From positions 1,830,001 to 1,862,000 of the forward strand of contig NC_014033.1 in the NCBI RefSeq assembly GCF_000025925.1: DNA of 32,000 nucleotides, read 5' to 3'. Below are positions 21,515-30,238 of this stretch, piece by piece. Below the pieces are notes generated by a model. That model did no database searches, was not told the origin of the DNA, and saw only the letters and a program-made list of their open reading frames with translations. Positions within the stretch are counted from its first letter, which is position 1, and each line of letters starts with the position of its first letter. Made by a program: the position numbers and the translations under genes. The DNA comes from Xylanibacter ruminicola 23 (lineage in GTDB: Bacteria; Bacteroidota; Bacteroidia; Bacteroidales; Bacteroidaceae).

Positions 21515-22441
21515 ATGAAGACATTCTGGAATACCCAAGGCGGACTGACCCAGATAAAGGACTGGCAGCCCAATTGCTGGATACAGGTGACATGCCCCAC
21601 CGAAGACGACCAGCGCGAACTCGAAGAGAAGTTTAATATCCCCGACTACTTTATGTCGGACATCAGCGATACCGATGAGCGTGCACGTTATGAGTACGAT
21701 GACGGATGGATGCTGATTATTCTGCGTATTCCTTACGTAAAAGAGATACGATCGCGTACGCCATACACCACAGTGCCCTTGGGTATCATTCATAAACGTG
21801 ATGTGACTATTACCGTTTGTTTTTACGAAACAAACGTGATGATTGATTTTGTGAGTTTCCAGCAGAAGCGTGGCGAGGGCTTTACCGACCACGTAGATAT
21901 GATTTTCCGTTTGTTCCTTTCGAGTGCCGTTTGGTACCTGAAGCGACTGAAGCAGATTTCGATGCTGGTAGATAAGGCAAAGCGCAACCTGGATAAGGAG
22001 GTGAACAACGAGAGCCTGATTGGCTTGAGCCGACTGCAAGACTCGCTCACCTACTTCCAGACATCTATCCGTGGTAACGAGACCCTGCTGTCGAAACTGA
22101 AGTTCAAACTGCAGATTGACGAGCTGGATGCCGACCTGATTGAGGACGTAACCATTGAGATGACACAGGCTCGCGAAACAACCATGATTTACTCGAACAT
22201 TCTCGAGTCGACTATGGACACTTATCAAAGTATTATCAATAACAACATGAACACCGTGATGCGTACACTTACTACGGTAACCATCCTGATGATGATACCT
22301 ACGCTGGTGACGTCGATGTTCGGTATGAACCTAATCAACGGCATGGAATCCAAACCATGGGGATTCATCTTGGCAGTCATCATTTCTGTCGCCATTTCGG
22401 CTATTGCATGGGGTATTTTCCGTCATAAACGACTGGTTTAG
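21515..22441 (+). CDS. corA: CorA-family magnesium/cobalt transporter
   Basis: 308 aa. It has two C-terminal TM helices with the MFGMN (GMN) signature between them. Confidence 0.9.
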   Translation: MKTFWNTQGGLTQIKDWQPNCWIQVTCPTEDDQRELEEKFNIPDYFMSDISDTDERARYEYDDGWMLIILRIPYVKEIRSRTPYTTVPLGIIHKRDVTITVCFYETNVMIDFVSFQQKRGEGFTDHVDMIFRLFLSSAVWYLKRLKQISMLVDKAKRNLDKEVNNESLIGLSRLQDSLTYFQTSIRGNETLLSKLKFKLQIDELDADLIEDVTIEMTQARETTMIYSNILESTMDTYQSIINNNMNTVMRTLTTVTILMMIPTLVTSMFGMNLINGMESKPWGFILAVIISVAISAIAWGIFRHKRLV

Positions 22442-22555
22442 GCCTTAAAAACGCAAAAAAACGCCAAAAAATTAGGTTAATTAAATAATAATGTTTAATT
22501 TTGACCCCAAATGTTGATGATGCTAAGCATCATTTAGTAATAATTTAAAAGTTAA

Positions 22556-24394
22556 ATGATGGACTCTCAAGAGAATACCCTCGAACTGGGTAAAAACGAA
22601 GAAGTAGTTAACGAAGAGGTTACCTCTCAAGTAGAAACAACTGAAAACTCGGAGCCAGCAGCTGAGCAGGCCGAGGAGCAGACTCGTGTGGTTTATGAGA
22701 CCAAAGCCGATGTACTGCACCGTTTGCAGGACATTGCACATGGCGAGGAAGTTCCACAGAAGGACGAAGTAGAGTATCTGAAGTCGTCGTTCTACAAACT
22801 GCACGTAGCTGAGCGCGAGGCTAAGCTCAAGGCTTATCTCGATGCAGGCGGCGATCCAGAGCAGTACCAGTACACGCCCGACGAGCAGGAAGAGGCTTTC
22901 AAAGCCGAGATGGGCATCATCAAGGAAAAGCGCGCCAAGGTTTTCAAGGAGCAGGAGGCTGAAAAGCAAGAGAACCTGACCAAGAAACTGGCTATCATCG
23001 ACCGCATTAAGGCCATGGTAACTACCCCCGACGAGGCCAACAAGAACTACAAGGAGTTCAAGGCCCTGCAGGAGCAGTGGCGCGAAATTAAGAATGTGCC
23101 AGCTGATAAGGCCAACGAATTGTGGCGCAACTATCAGCTGTACGTAGAGCAGTTCTACGATATGCTGCGCCTGAACAGCGAAGCACGCGAGTACGACTTT
23201 AAGAAGAACCTGGAGCTGAAGACCGCTCTTTGCGAGGCTGCTGAAAAGTTGGCCGACGAGGAGGATGTGATCAGCGCCTTCCACCAGTTGCAGAAGCTGC
23301 ACCAGGAGTATCGCGAAATTGGTCCTGTAGCCAAGGAGCAACGCGAGGAAATCTGGAACCGTTTCAAGGCTGCATCAAGCGTTATCAACAAGCGCCACCA
23401 GCAGCACTTTGAGGGTGTTCGCGCCAAGGAGGAAGACAACCTGGCCCGTAAGACCGTACTCTGCGAGAAGGTAGAGGCTATTGCTGCCGAGGAGAACAAG
23501 GGCAGTGGCGATTGGGAGAAGCACACCAAGCAGATTATCGATATTCAGACTGAGTGGAAGACCATTGGTTTTGCACCTCAGAAGATGAACGTGAAGATAT
23601 TTGAGCGTTTCCGTGCCGCTTGCGACGATTTCTTTGGTCGTAAGGCTGCTTACTTCAAGGGTTTGAAAGAAACCTTCAAGGAGAATGCCGAGAAGAAGCG
23701 CGCCCTGATTGAGAAGGCCAAGGAGCTGCAATCGTCGACCGAATGGAAATCTACCAGCGACAAGTTCATCGCTCTGCAGAAAGAGTGGAAGACCATTGGT
23801 ATGGTACCAAAGAAGTTGGGCGACCAGCTGTGGGAGGAGTTCCTGGCAGCTTGCAACACCTTCTTCGAGGCCCGCAATGCCGCTGGTGCTGGTGCACGTG
23901 GCGAGGAGCGCGAGAACCTGGAGAAGAAGCTGGGCATCATTGAGCAGCTGAAGGCACTGGCTACTGAGACAGGTGAAGAGGTGGCCGAGAAGGTACAGAA
24001 GCTGGTTGATGAGTACAACGCTGTAGGTCACGTACCTTATAAAGAGAAGGATAAGCTCTACAAGGAGTACCACGCTGTGCTGGACAAGCTGTATAAGGAT
24101 TTGAACATCAGCGTAGCCAAGCGCAAGCTGAACAACTTTAAGCAGAACCTGAAGAACGTAGCTGAGCGCGGTGAGAATGCCCTCGACAACGAGCGCACAC
24201 GCCTGTTCCGCCAGTACGAGAACCTGAAGTCGGAGATTCAGACCTACGAGAACAACCTCGGATTCCTGAATGCCAGTTCGAAGAAAGGTAACAGCCTGAT
24301 TGACGAGATGAACCGCAAGGTGCAGAAGTTGAAGGACGATATGAACCTGATTCGCGAGAAGATCAAGGCTATTGATGCAGAAAACAAACAATAA
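22556..24394 (+). CDS. DUF349 repeat protein
   Basis: 612 aa, highly charged. It has repeated modules of about 75 aa of the form W+xIGxxP...LWxxFxxAcdxFF, typical of DUF349. Confidence 0.8.
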   Translation: MMDSQENTLELGKNEEVVNEEVTSQVETTENSEPAAEQAEEQTRVVYETKADVLHRLQDIAHGEEVPQKDEVEYLKSSFYKLHVAEREAKLKAYLDAGGDPEQYQYTPDEQEEAFKAEMGIIKEKRAKVFKEQEAEKQENLTKKLAIIDRIKAMVTTPDEANKNYKEFKALQEQWREIKNVPADKANELWRNYQLYVEQFYDMLRLNSEAREYDFKKNLELKTALCEAAEKLADEEDVISAFHQLQKLHQEYREIGPVAKEQREEIWNRFKAASSVINKRHQQHFEGVRAKEEDNLARKTVLCEKVEAIAAEENKGSGDWEKHTKQIIDIQTEWKTIGFAPQKMNVKIFERFRAACDDFFGRKAAYFKGLKETFKENAEKKRALIEKAKELQSSTEWKSTSDKFIALQKEWKTIGMVPKKLGDQLWEEFLAACNTFFEARNAAGAGARGEERENLEKKLGIIEQLKALATETGEEVAEKVQKLVDEYNAVGHVPYKEKDKLYKEYHAVLDKLYKDLNISVAKRKLNNFKQNLKNVAERGENALDNERTRLFRQYENLKSEIQTYENNLGFLNASSKKGNSLIDEMNRKVQKLKDDMNLIREKIKAIDAENKQ

Positions 24395-24400
24395 TTGCGG

Positions 24401-24877
24401 ATGATAACAGAACAAGATAAGAAATTTATGAGGGAAGCCATCCGCCTCGCCAACGAAAGCGTTGAGCGAGGCGGTGGTCCCTTTGGGGCTGTCATAGTAA
24501 AGGACGGCGAAATCATTGCTGGTAGCAGCAACAGTGTAACCATTGATAACGACCCTACAGCTCATGCTGAGGTTAATACCATCAGAAAGGCATGTTTTAA
24601 GCTGCGCACGTTCGATCTCTCGGGATGTACTATCTACACCTCGTGCGAACCCTGCCCTATGTGCTTAGGCGCCATCTATTGGGCTCGTATCGGCAAGATA
24701 TTCTACGGCAACACCCGTAAGGATGCCCGCGATATCCAGTTTGCCGATGATTTTATCTACGAGGAGCTGGAACGTCCTATGGACAAGCGTACGGTGCCCA
24801 TTGTGCCACTACTGCGCGACGAGGCGCTACACACCTTCCGATTGTGGACAGAGAAAACAGATAAAACAGAGTATTAA
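24401..24877 (+). CDS. guaD: Guanine deaminase (CDA-fold nucleoside deaminase)
   Basis: GGPFGAVIVKDGEII...NDPTAHAEVNTIRKAC...YTSCEPCPMCLGAIYWAR closely parallels Bacillus GuaD as I recall it. The HAE and PCxxC zinc motifs are present. I prefer the ATG at 24401 to the TTG at 24395. Confidence 0.8.
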   Translation: MITEQDKKFMREAIRLANESVERGGGPFGAVIVKDGEIIAGSSNSVTIDNDPTAHAEVNTIRKACFKLRTFDLSGCTIYTSCEPCPMCLGAIYWARIGKIFYGNTRKDARDIQFADDFIYEELERPMDKRTVPIVPLLRDEALHTFRLWTEKTDKTEY

Positions 24878-24881
24878 TAAC

Positions 24882-24915
24882 AAAAAAGAGACCTGCGTTG
24901 CAGATCTCTTTTTTT
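24882..24915. terminator. Bidirectional hairpin terminator between guaD and tRNA-Tyr
   Basis: The stem AGAGACCTGC / GCAGATCTCT has one mismatch and a 3-nt loop. It is flanked by an A-run upstream and a T-run downstream. Confidence 0.6.
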
Positions 24916-24916
24916 G

Positions 24917-24999
24917 TGGGTGCTGATGGATTCGAACCACCGAAGTCGAAAGACAGCAGATTTACAGTCTGCCCCATTTGGCCACTCTGGAAAACACCC
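24917..24999 (-). tRNA. tRNA-Tyr (anticodon GTA), long variable arm, no encoded CCA
   Basis: The reverse complement is GGGTGTTTTCCAGAGTGGCCAAATGGGGCAGACTGTAAATCTGCTGTCTTTCGACTTCGGTGGTTCGAATCCATCAGCACCCA. The acceptor stem pairs 7/7, the T-loop is GGTTCGAATCC, and the anticodon loop is CTGTAAA. It aligns well with E. coli tRNA-Tyr. Confidence 0.93.
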
Positions 25000-25017
25000 A
25001 TCGCTCAAATGCGGGTG

Positions 25018-25025
25018 CAAAGGTA
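25018..25025 (-). promoter_or_regulatory. Promoter -7 box TACCTTTG (minus strand) for tRNA-Tyr
   Basis: Plus-strand CAAAGGTA, 18 nt upstream of the tRNA 5' end. Confidence 0.5.
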
Positions 25026-25089
25026 CTAAGATTTTTTGAGCTGTGCAAATTTTCGGGCAAGAAATTTTAGAAATAATGCATATTCAGCT

Positions 25090-25132
25090 AAAAAAACAAG
25101 AATGGAGAGCTTGCATGGGCAAACTCTCCATT
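25090..25132 (-). terminator. Rho-independent terminator after secG
   Basis: 9-bp stem AATGGAGAG / CTCTCCATT with a 14-nt loop, followed closely on the minus strand by a T7 run. Confidence 0.6.
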
Positions 25133-25158
25133 GTTTTTGTTAGGCCAAAAGAAGCTGA

Positions 25159-25539
25159 TTACTTCTTCTCAGCAGGTGTTTCAGCGGCGGGAGCCTGAGT
25201 AGCAGGAGCTGCAGGAGCAGCTGCATCCTTCTGCTGACTGGCACCGAAACCAGGCAGGTTGTTAGGATTGGTAGCAGGAGCCTGATAGTTCTCCATAACA
25301 GAGGTGTCGCCACCAGCCTGAGGAGCTACATAAGCGCAGCAAACGCTAACGAGTACCATAAAACCAGCGAGGAACCAAGTGGCCTTCTCGATAAAGTCGG
25401 TAGTTTTACGAACACCGCCAATCTGGTTATAACCTGAGAACTGAGAAGCCAGACCGCCTCCCTTTGACTCCTGGATGAGCACAATGCCAATCATAAGCAG
25501 TGCTGCAACCACAATGAGAATTACAAATAATGTGTACAT
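25159..25539 (-). CDS. secG: Preprotein translocase subunit SecG with an Ala/Pro-rich C-terminal tail
   Basis: 126 aa. MYTLFVILIVVAALLMIGIVLIQESKGGGL is the canonical SecG N-terminus, and a second TM helix follows. Confidence 0.85.
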   Translation of the reverse strand: MYTLFVILIVVAALLMIGIVLIQESKGGGLASQFSGYNQIGGVRKTTDFIEKATWFLAGFMVLVSVCCAYVAPQAGGDTSVMENYQAPATNPNNLPGFGASQQKDAAAPAAPATQAPAAETPAEKK

Positions 25540-25543
25540 TTTT

Positions 25544-26320
25544 TTATTTATTTTTTTTGTTACTATTTACTATTAATTTCTCTAAGAAACGTATCTGATC
25601 TGCAAAGTAAGCATTTTTTTTCGGAATTTGCAAACTTAATCGCTGAATTATTTCCAAAGCTTTCGAATATCTACCCTGTTTGATGTAAATTCGTGCCAAA
25701 GTTTCGGTAAAGTACTCACTTTCAACCCCATTTTCGTCCTCAGAGGGCTCTGGTTGGGGCTCAGGACGGTACTCAGGTACCTCGCGCAGCTGGAACCCAC
25801 CTTTGTCATCATTTATGAACGAATCAATCAGGTCCTGACCAAACATTTTTGGCATCTCACCAGGCATCTCCTGACCACCATCGGGCTCGATATCCATCAG
25901 GTAGGCCACGTAATCTACAGCAGCATCGGCAGGCGTAGGCTTGCGCTTGGGCTTCAGTGTCTCGGTCTTGGCCTCCTCGGGGATACTATCCAGGAAGTTA
26001 TCAATCAGCGAGATGGTACGATCTTCGGTTGGTTCAGCTGGCTGCTGAACAGGTATTGCTGCAGGTGCAGGCTTAGCCACAGGATGATACTCGTAATGGC
26101 GCCCCTCGATCATCTGGAACAGCACGCGGCGATCGGTGATATAGGCTGATGCGCGACGCAATTCTTCGTCGAATGTAGGATCATGCAACAGATACAGATT
26201 CTGCAGCATCAACAATCGGGCTGTCTGAAAATAGGGATACAGAGCCAGCAGCGAACGCAACTCGTAGAGCGTTTCGCGGTCCATCTGTTCAGGATGCTTA
26301 ATGAGTTCTGTAATCTCCAT
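25544..26320 (-). CDS. Conserved hypothetical protein with a C-terminal TPR-like helix pair
   Basis: 258 aa. It has an acidic, Pro-rich middle and a C-terminal ARIYIKQGRYSKALEIIQRL TPR-like motif. It sits between lptE and secG. Confidence 0.6.
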   Translation of the reverse strand: MEITELIKHPEQMDRETLYELRSLLALYPYFQTARLLMLQNLYLLHDPTFDEELRRASAYITDRRVLFQMIEGRHYEYHPVAKPAPAAIPVQQPAEPTEDRTISLIDNFLDSIPEEAKTETLKPKRKPTPADAAVDYVAYLMDIEPDGGQEMPGEMPKMFGQDLIDSFINDDKGGFQLREVPEYRPEPQPEPSEDENGVESEYFTETLARIYIKQGRYSKALEIIQRLSLQIPKKNAYFADQIRFLEKLIVNSNKKNK

Positions 26321-26343
26321 TACGCTATTATCTTAACTTAAAA

Positions 26344-26862
26344 TTACCAGTTGGCTACGGTACGGTTGAAGATCTGATCGCAGAGATCCTTCACCATCTG
26401 TGTTACCAGTTCCTCCTGCACAGCATTCAGACTCTGTGTAGTCTCGTAGCTCTGCGTGGCAGTAAACTGCTGCTCAAAATCTTCGTTGTGGTTCTTATTA
26501 TTCGTAAATCGTACGTTCACAGTCATGGAGAGCTCGGTCATAGCCGAATATCCCTCGGCACTCACGCTCTTGTTACGCTGCTCGTAGCGTATAATCTCAC
26601 CCTCAATCTTCAGGTCGCCATTACGCTTAACCTGCTCCAGTCGGGTATGGTTGGCAAACTGATCCTTCAGCTGATTGTTGAACATCGGGCCCATAGGTCC
26701 CCACACATAGCTACTGCGAATGGGGAACTCGGCAATGGTGATGGTCTTGGTCTGCGAATAGTCGATGCTGGCACCGTTGAACTTATAGCTCACGGAGCAG
26801 CTTGTTACAACTGCAATGGCAGCAACAAACACGATTGTTTTTATCTTATTGATCCAAGCCAT
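26344..26862 (-). CDS. lptE: LptE-like LPS-assembly lipoprotein
   Basis: 172 aa. It has a signal peptide with lipobox VVTSC. The call rests on its size and on its position after the sigma-54 activator, as in other Bacteroidetes, so the family assignment comes from context rather than a strong motif. Confidence 0.55.
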   Translation of the reverse strand: MAWINKIKTIVFVAAIAVVTSCSVSYKFNGASIDYSQTKTITIAEFPIRSSYVWGPMGPMFNNQLKDQFANHTRLEQVKRNGDLKIEGEIIRYEQRNKSVSAEGYSAMTELSMTVNVRFTNNKNHNEDFEQQFTATQSYETTQSLNAVQEELVTQMVKDLCDQIFNRTVANW

Positions 26863-28096
26863 ACTGTTTCAATCTGCGATAAAGGGTTCTATCACTAATA
26901 CCCAGTTCCTGGGCGGCTTTCTTACGATTGCCATGGTTGCGCTCCAAGGCCTTCTCCAGCATCTGCTTACCCATGTCGTTCAGGTTCAAGCTCTCGAGTT
27001 CCTTCTCGGGCTCGATGTACTCCTCGGCAACTGCGTCTTCGACAGTTGACAGTGGAGAGTGGATAGTTGAGAGTTGAGAGTTGAGAGTTGACAGTGGAGA
27101 AGGCACTGTAGGCAGGGGATCGACGGTGGTAGGCTTCGTGCTCTGCACATCGTCGAGCTGCTTTTTCAGCGCACTCATCTCGCGGCGCATATCGTTCACG
27201 TTACCACGAAGCTCGAACAGAATCTTATACAGAATCTCGCGTTCGTTCTCAAAGCTATGATCGCCACTGCCATCGCGATGGATGGTGGCCAGCTGTGTGG
27301 TTTCATGATCCTGAGGGATGAACTGACTGAGCACCTGAGCGGTGATGGTACGTTCGGGCGAAAGCACACTGATTTGTTCAGTGATATTCTTCAACTGGCG
27401 AACGTTGCCCGGCCACTTGTAGTGCAGCAGTATCTGCTTAGCACCCTCGTCGAGCACCACGCGGTCCATCTTATATTTCTCGGCCATCTGCAAGGCAAAC
27501 AATCGGAACAACAGGATGATATCCTCGCCACGCTCACGCAGAGGAGGCATCTGGATGGGTATCGAGTTGAGGCGATAGTAGAGGTCTTCGCGGAAGCGAC
27601 CCTCGCTGATGGCCTGACGGATATTCACATTGGTAGCGGCTACAATACGTACGTCGGTTTTACGAATCTCGGTGCCACCCACCGGGATATACTCACCAGT
27701 TTCGAGCACACGCAGCAATCGCGCCTGGGTGGCCAAAGGCAGTTCGCCCACCTCGTCCAGGAAGAGCGTACCCTTGTTAGCTACACCAAAGTAACCTGGC
27801 GAATCGTTGATGGCACCAGTGTACGAACCCTTTACATGTCCAAAGAGTTCTGAGTCGATGGTACCCTCGGGGATAGAGCCACAGTTGATGGCAAAATACT
27901 TTTCGCGTCGGCGTGGTGAGTTGTCGTGAATCACCCTTGGAATGATTTCCTTACCCACTCCACTCTCGCCTACAATCAACACACTAAGGTCGGTTGGCGC
28001 AACCTGCAAGGCTACGTCGAGCACGTGGTTCAATGCGTCGCAATTGCCAACGATATTGTACCGCTGTTTGATGTTTTGAAGTTCTGATGTCTTCAT
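26846..28096 (-). CDS. Sigma-54-dependent transcriptional activator (AAA+ and Fis-type HTH, no receiver domain)
   Basis: 416 aa. It has the Walker A GESGVGKE, an ELFGHVKGSYTGA (GAFTGA-like) loop, Walker B LFLDEVGEL, and RVIAATN/REDLYYRLN blocks. The C-terminal NRKKAAQELGISDRTLYRRLKQY is the HTH. Confidence 0.85.
   Translation of the reverse strand: MKTSELQNIKQRYNIVGNCDALNHVLDVALQVAPTDLSVLIVGESGVGKEIIPRVIHDNSPRRREKYFAINCGSIPEGTIDSELFGHVKGSYTGAINDSPGYFGVANKGTLFLDEVGELPLATQARLLRVLETGEYIPVGGTEIRKTDVRIVAATNVNIRQAISEGRFREDLYYRLNSIPIQMPPLRERGEDIILLFRLFALQMAEKYKMDRVVLDEGAKQILLHYKWPGNVRQLKNITEQISVLSPERTITAQVLSQFIPQDHETTQLATIHRDGSGDHSFENEREILYKILFELRGNVNDMRREMSALKKQLDDVQSTKPTTVDPLPTVPSPLSTLNSQLSTIHSPLSTVEDAVAEEYIEPEKELESLNLNDMGKQMLEKALERNHGNRKKAAQELGISDRTLYRRLKQYGLDQ
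27044..27099. repeat. Eight tandem heptamers (AGTKGAN) inside the sigma-54 activator CDS
   Basis: AGTTGAC AGTGGAG AGTGGAT AGTTGAG AGTTGAG AGTTGAG AGTTGAC AGTGGAG. It encodes SPLSTLNSQLSTIHSPLSTV in the linker between the AAA+ and HTH domains. Confidence 0.85.
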
Positions 28097-28104
28097 TGAG
28101 CTGA

Positions 28105-28112
28105 CAAAATTA
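28105..28112 (-). promoter_or_regulatory. Promoter -7 box TAATTTTG (minus strand) for the sigma-54 activator operon
   Basis: Plus-strand CAAAATTA, only 8 nt upstream of ATG 28096, so the leader is very short or absent. Confidence 0.4.
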
Positions 28113-28160
28113 CATATTTTTTCTGAAACATCTGCAATTTTGGCAGAATTTTAACGCTTA

Positions 28161-29165
28161 TTACTTTTCTTTCTTGTCCAACTTGATTAAAAGCAGACCA
28201 ATAGCCGTCCATATCAACTCACGCAAGCGCACCAGCAGGGCTACAAAAATACCAGCATTAGCTGTCATACTCAAGCCCTCGGTACTCATCAGGAATCCAC
28301 CCTCGCGACCACCCAGTTGCAGGGGCATAAAGAACAGCATATTGGCAAACAACGTGGTGAATGCGTAGATGAGGATGCACTGTGGAATGGTTACCCCAGG
28401 CATGATTACCAGCAGGATAAAATAGATTTCGAACGTAGAGGCCACACGGCACAGCAGTTCGAGCACCACAGCCAGTTTAAATGTACGGGGGTTCTGATTG
28501 TGCAGGGCAGCTATCTGCTCATCTACCTCGGCCAGTTTTTCGCGGTTGCGCTCGATAAAGGGGGCAGCCCACTTCTTTACCATAGGGAAATGACTCAGGA
28601 TGGTCATACCCGTCATGGCAATACCACGCTTGTAGCCACGCAAGAAGAACCAGATGGCCACCAGTGCCACTGCAGCAATGATGGGCAGCAGGATATAGGT
28701 CAGCGGCGTCATCTTCTGCGTGATAATATAAAGAGGTACGCTAAGCAGCCAGAACCAGAAGTGACTGTAGATGTGCGTCATCACATACAGTATGACTGAC
28801 GATGATGCACGCTGGGTGCCCACCTTGGGCGACAGCGACATGATGCGATAGGGCTCACCACCCATCAGTCCACCAGGGGTAGCATAATTCAAGGCAAAGG
28901 CCGAGATGGTGATCTTATAGAGCCACCAGAAGCCCACCTTGCATTTGCGACACACGCCCATCTCGTTGCCGATGGTATTGATAATGAGATACCACGAGGC
29001 GGTGTTCATCATATACAGGAAAGCCCAAAGTACCAGCACACCTACGAACCAATAGCCCGCATGCTGGATGCCCTCCCAAGCCTGACGGAAGTCGAGCTGC
29101 GAGGCCATGATAATCAGTACCAATAATCCGAACAGGAAAAATCCGTTCTGATATTTTTTATTCAT
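28161..29165 (-). CDS. Flippase-like integral membrane protein (UPF0104 / lysyl-PG-synthase TM-region family), paralogue of 18778-19779
   Basis: 334 aa with about 8 TM segments. Its architecture and length match the 18778 gene. Confidence 0.6.
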   Translation of the reverse strand: MNKKYQNGFFLFGLLVLIIMASQLDFRQAWEGIQHAGYWFVGVLVLWAFLYMMNTASWYLIINTIGNEMGVCRKCKVGFWWLYKITISAFALNYATPGGLMGGEPYRIMSLSPKVGTQRASSSVILYVMTHIYSHFWFWLLSVPLYIITQKMTPLTYILLPIIAAVALVAIWFFLRGYKRGIAMTGMTILSHFPMVKKWAAPFIERNREKLAEVDEQIAALHNQNPRTFKLAVVLELLCRVASTFEIYFILLVIMPGVTIPQCILIYAFTTLFANMLFFMPLQLGGREGGFLMSTEGLSMTANAGIFVALLVRLRELIWTAIGLLLIKLDKKEK

Positions 29166-29186
29166 TTTGTCTAGTTTCTCGTGATT

Positions 29187-30236
29187 TTATTTAAAGATAT
29201 CCTTGGCACGAGGCATCTGGAAACGTGCCTTGTCGCCATCCTCACGCTTCTCGTGATACAGTTTGGGCAGTGGATTAGCCAATGGCTCATCGTACTCGGC
29301 ACGATGGCGGAACATATCTACAGCCGTATAGATGGCATGGCGCAACGAGGTAGCATCGGCAATTCCCTTACCGGCTATCTCGAACTCAGGACCATGAACG
29401 GCAGTAGTGCAGATGGCAGTCATACCAGCCTTCAGCTTTACGCCATACTCGGTAGCCAGCGCATTAAATGGCAGTGTGCCCTGATCGTCGTACATAGCCA
29501 GCACACCATCAAACTGCTCGTACTGGTTGTTGGCAAAGAATTCCTCGGCAGCATAAGGACCAAAGGCCATCATGTTCTGCTTCTCCAGCTCGGCAATGGC
29601 AGGGGCGATAATCTGCTCCTCCTCGGCACCTGGCTGTGGATTCAGTGCCAGCACAGCGATACGGGGATTGTTTACGCGGAAGTCGCGCTTCAGGCTCTTG
29701 AAGAAGATGGTACCTTTCTCAACGATTTTCTCAACGCTGATGCTCTGAGCCACCTCCTTGATAGGCAGATGGTTGGTAAGCAGACCGATACGTACACGCT
29801 CACTGAGCATGATGGTAAGCGGCTTTTCGTCGCGATTGGGGTTGGCATTTGGCACCACGGGGCCCAGCACCAGTACATCAAACAGGTGCTTCTGCATATC
29901 CTCTTTAACACGCTGCATCACAGCCTTGGCTGCCTTATCCGACTCATCGGTGGGCTGTCCGAAATCTACCTTCACCTCCTCGTCGAAGGCGGCCAACAGG
30001 TTCACACGCCCGTCCTTGGCCTCGGCAGCGTCGTTAATAATGCTATACTGGGTTTCTATCTCCATAGCCTTACGATGAAAGGCTGCGGCTTTAGGCGAAC
30101 CATAGATGATAGGTGTACACATATCCAGCATCATGGGGTCTTCGAAAGCACGAAGTATCACCTCATAACCAATGCCGTTGGTGTCGCCATGCGTGATGGC
30201 CACGCGAATTTTCTTATCCATAGATATATTTGACAA
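29187..30236 (-). CDS. pdxA: 4-hydroxythreonine-4-phosphate dehydrogenase
   Basis: 349 aa. It has ITHGDTNGIGYEVIL, the IAVLALNPQPG (LNPH-type) block and AICTTAVHGPEFEIAGKGIA, typical of PdxA. Confidence 0.85.
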   Translation of the reverse strand: MSNISMDKKIRVAITHGDTNGIGYEVILRAFEDPMMLDMCTPIIYGSPKAAAFHRKAMEIETQYSIINDAAEAKDGRVNLLAAFDEEVKVDFGQPTDESDKAAKAVMQRVKEDMQKHLFDVLVLGPVVPNANPNRDEKPLTIMLSERVRIGLLTNHLPIKEVAQSISVEKIVEKGTIFFKSLKRDFRVNNPRIAVLALNPQPGAEEEQIIAPAIAELEKQNMMAFGPYAAEEFFANNQYEQFDGVLAMYDDQGTLPFNALATEYGVKLKAGMTAICTTAVHGPEFEIAGKGIADATSLRHAIYTAVDMFRHRAEYDEPLANPLPKLYHEKREDGDKARFQMPRAKDIFK

Positions 30237-30238
30237 TT

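Noticed and set aside
21488-22228. 246-aa minus-strand ORF opposite corA
   Set aside because: The CorA frame has the GMN signature and TM helices, so the antisense ORF is a shadow.
22523-24565. Two long minus-strand ORFs (272 aa and 396 aa) plus several shorter ones opposite the DUF349 gene
   Set aside because: The GAG/AAG-rich repetitive codons of DUF349 leave the antisense frames open. The products are Leu-rich low-complexity sequence. The plus-strand gene has the repeat architecture of a known family.
27257-27853. 198-aa plus-strand ORF inside the sigma-54 activator gene
   Set aside because: It is antisense to a gene with Walker A/B and HTH motifs, and it shows no independent signals.
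29181-30233. 350-aa plus-strand ORF covering almost all of pdxA
   Set aside because: It is an antisense shadow. The minus-strand frame carries clear PdxA signatures, while the plus-strand product is low-complexity (Leu/His/Gly-rich) with no motifs.
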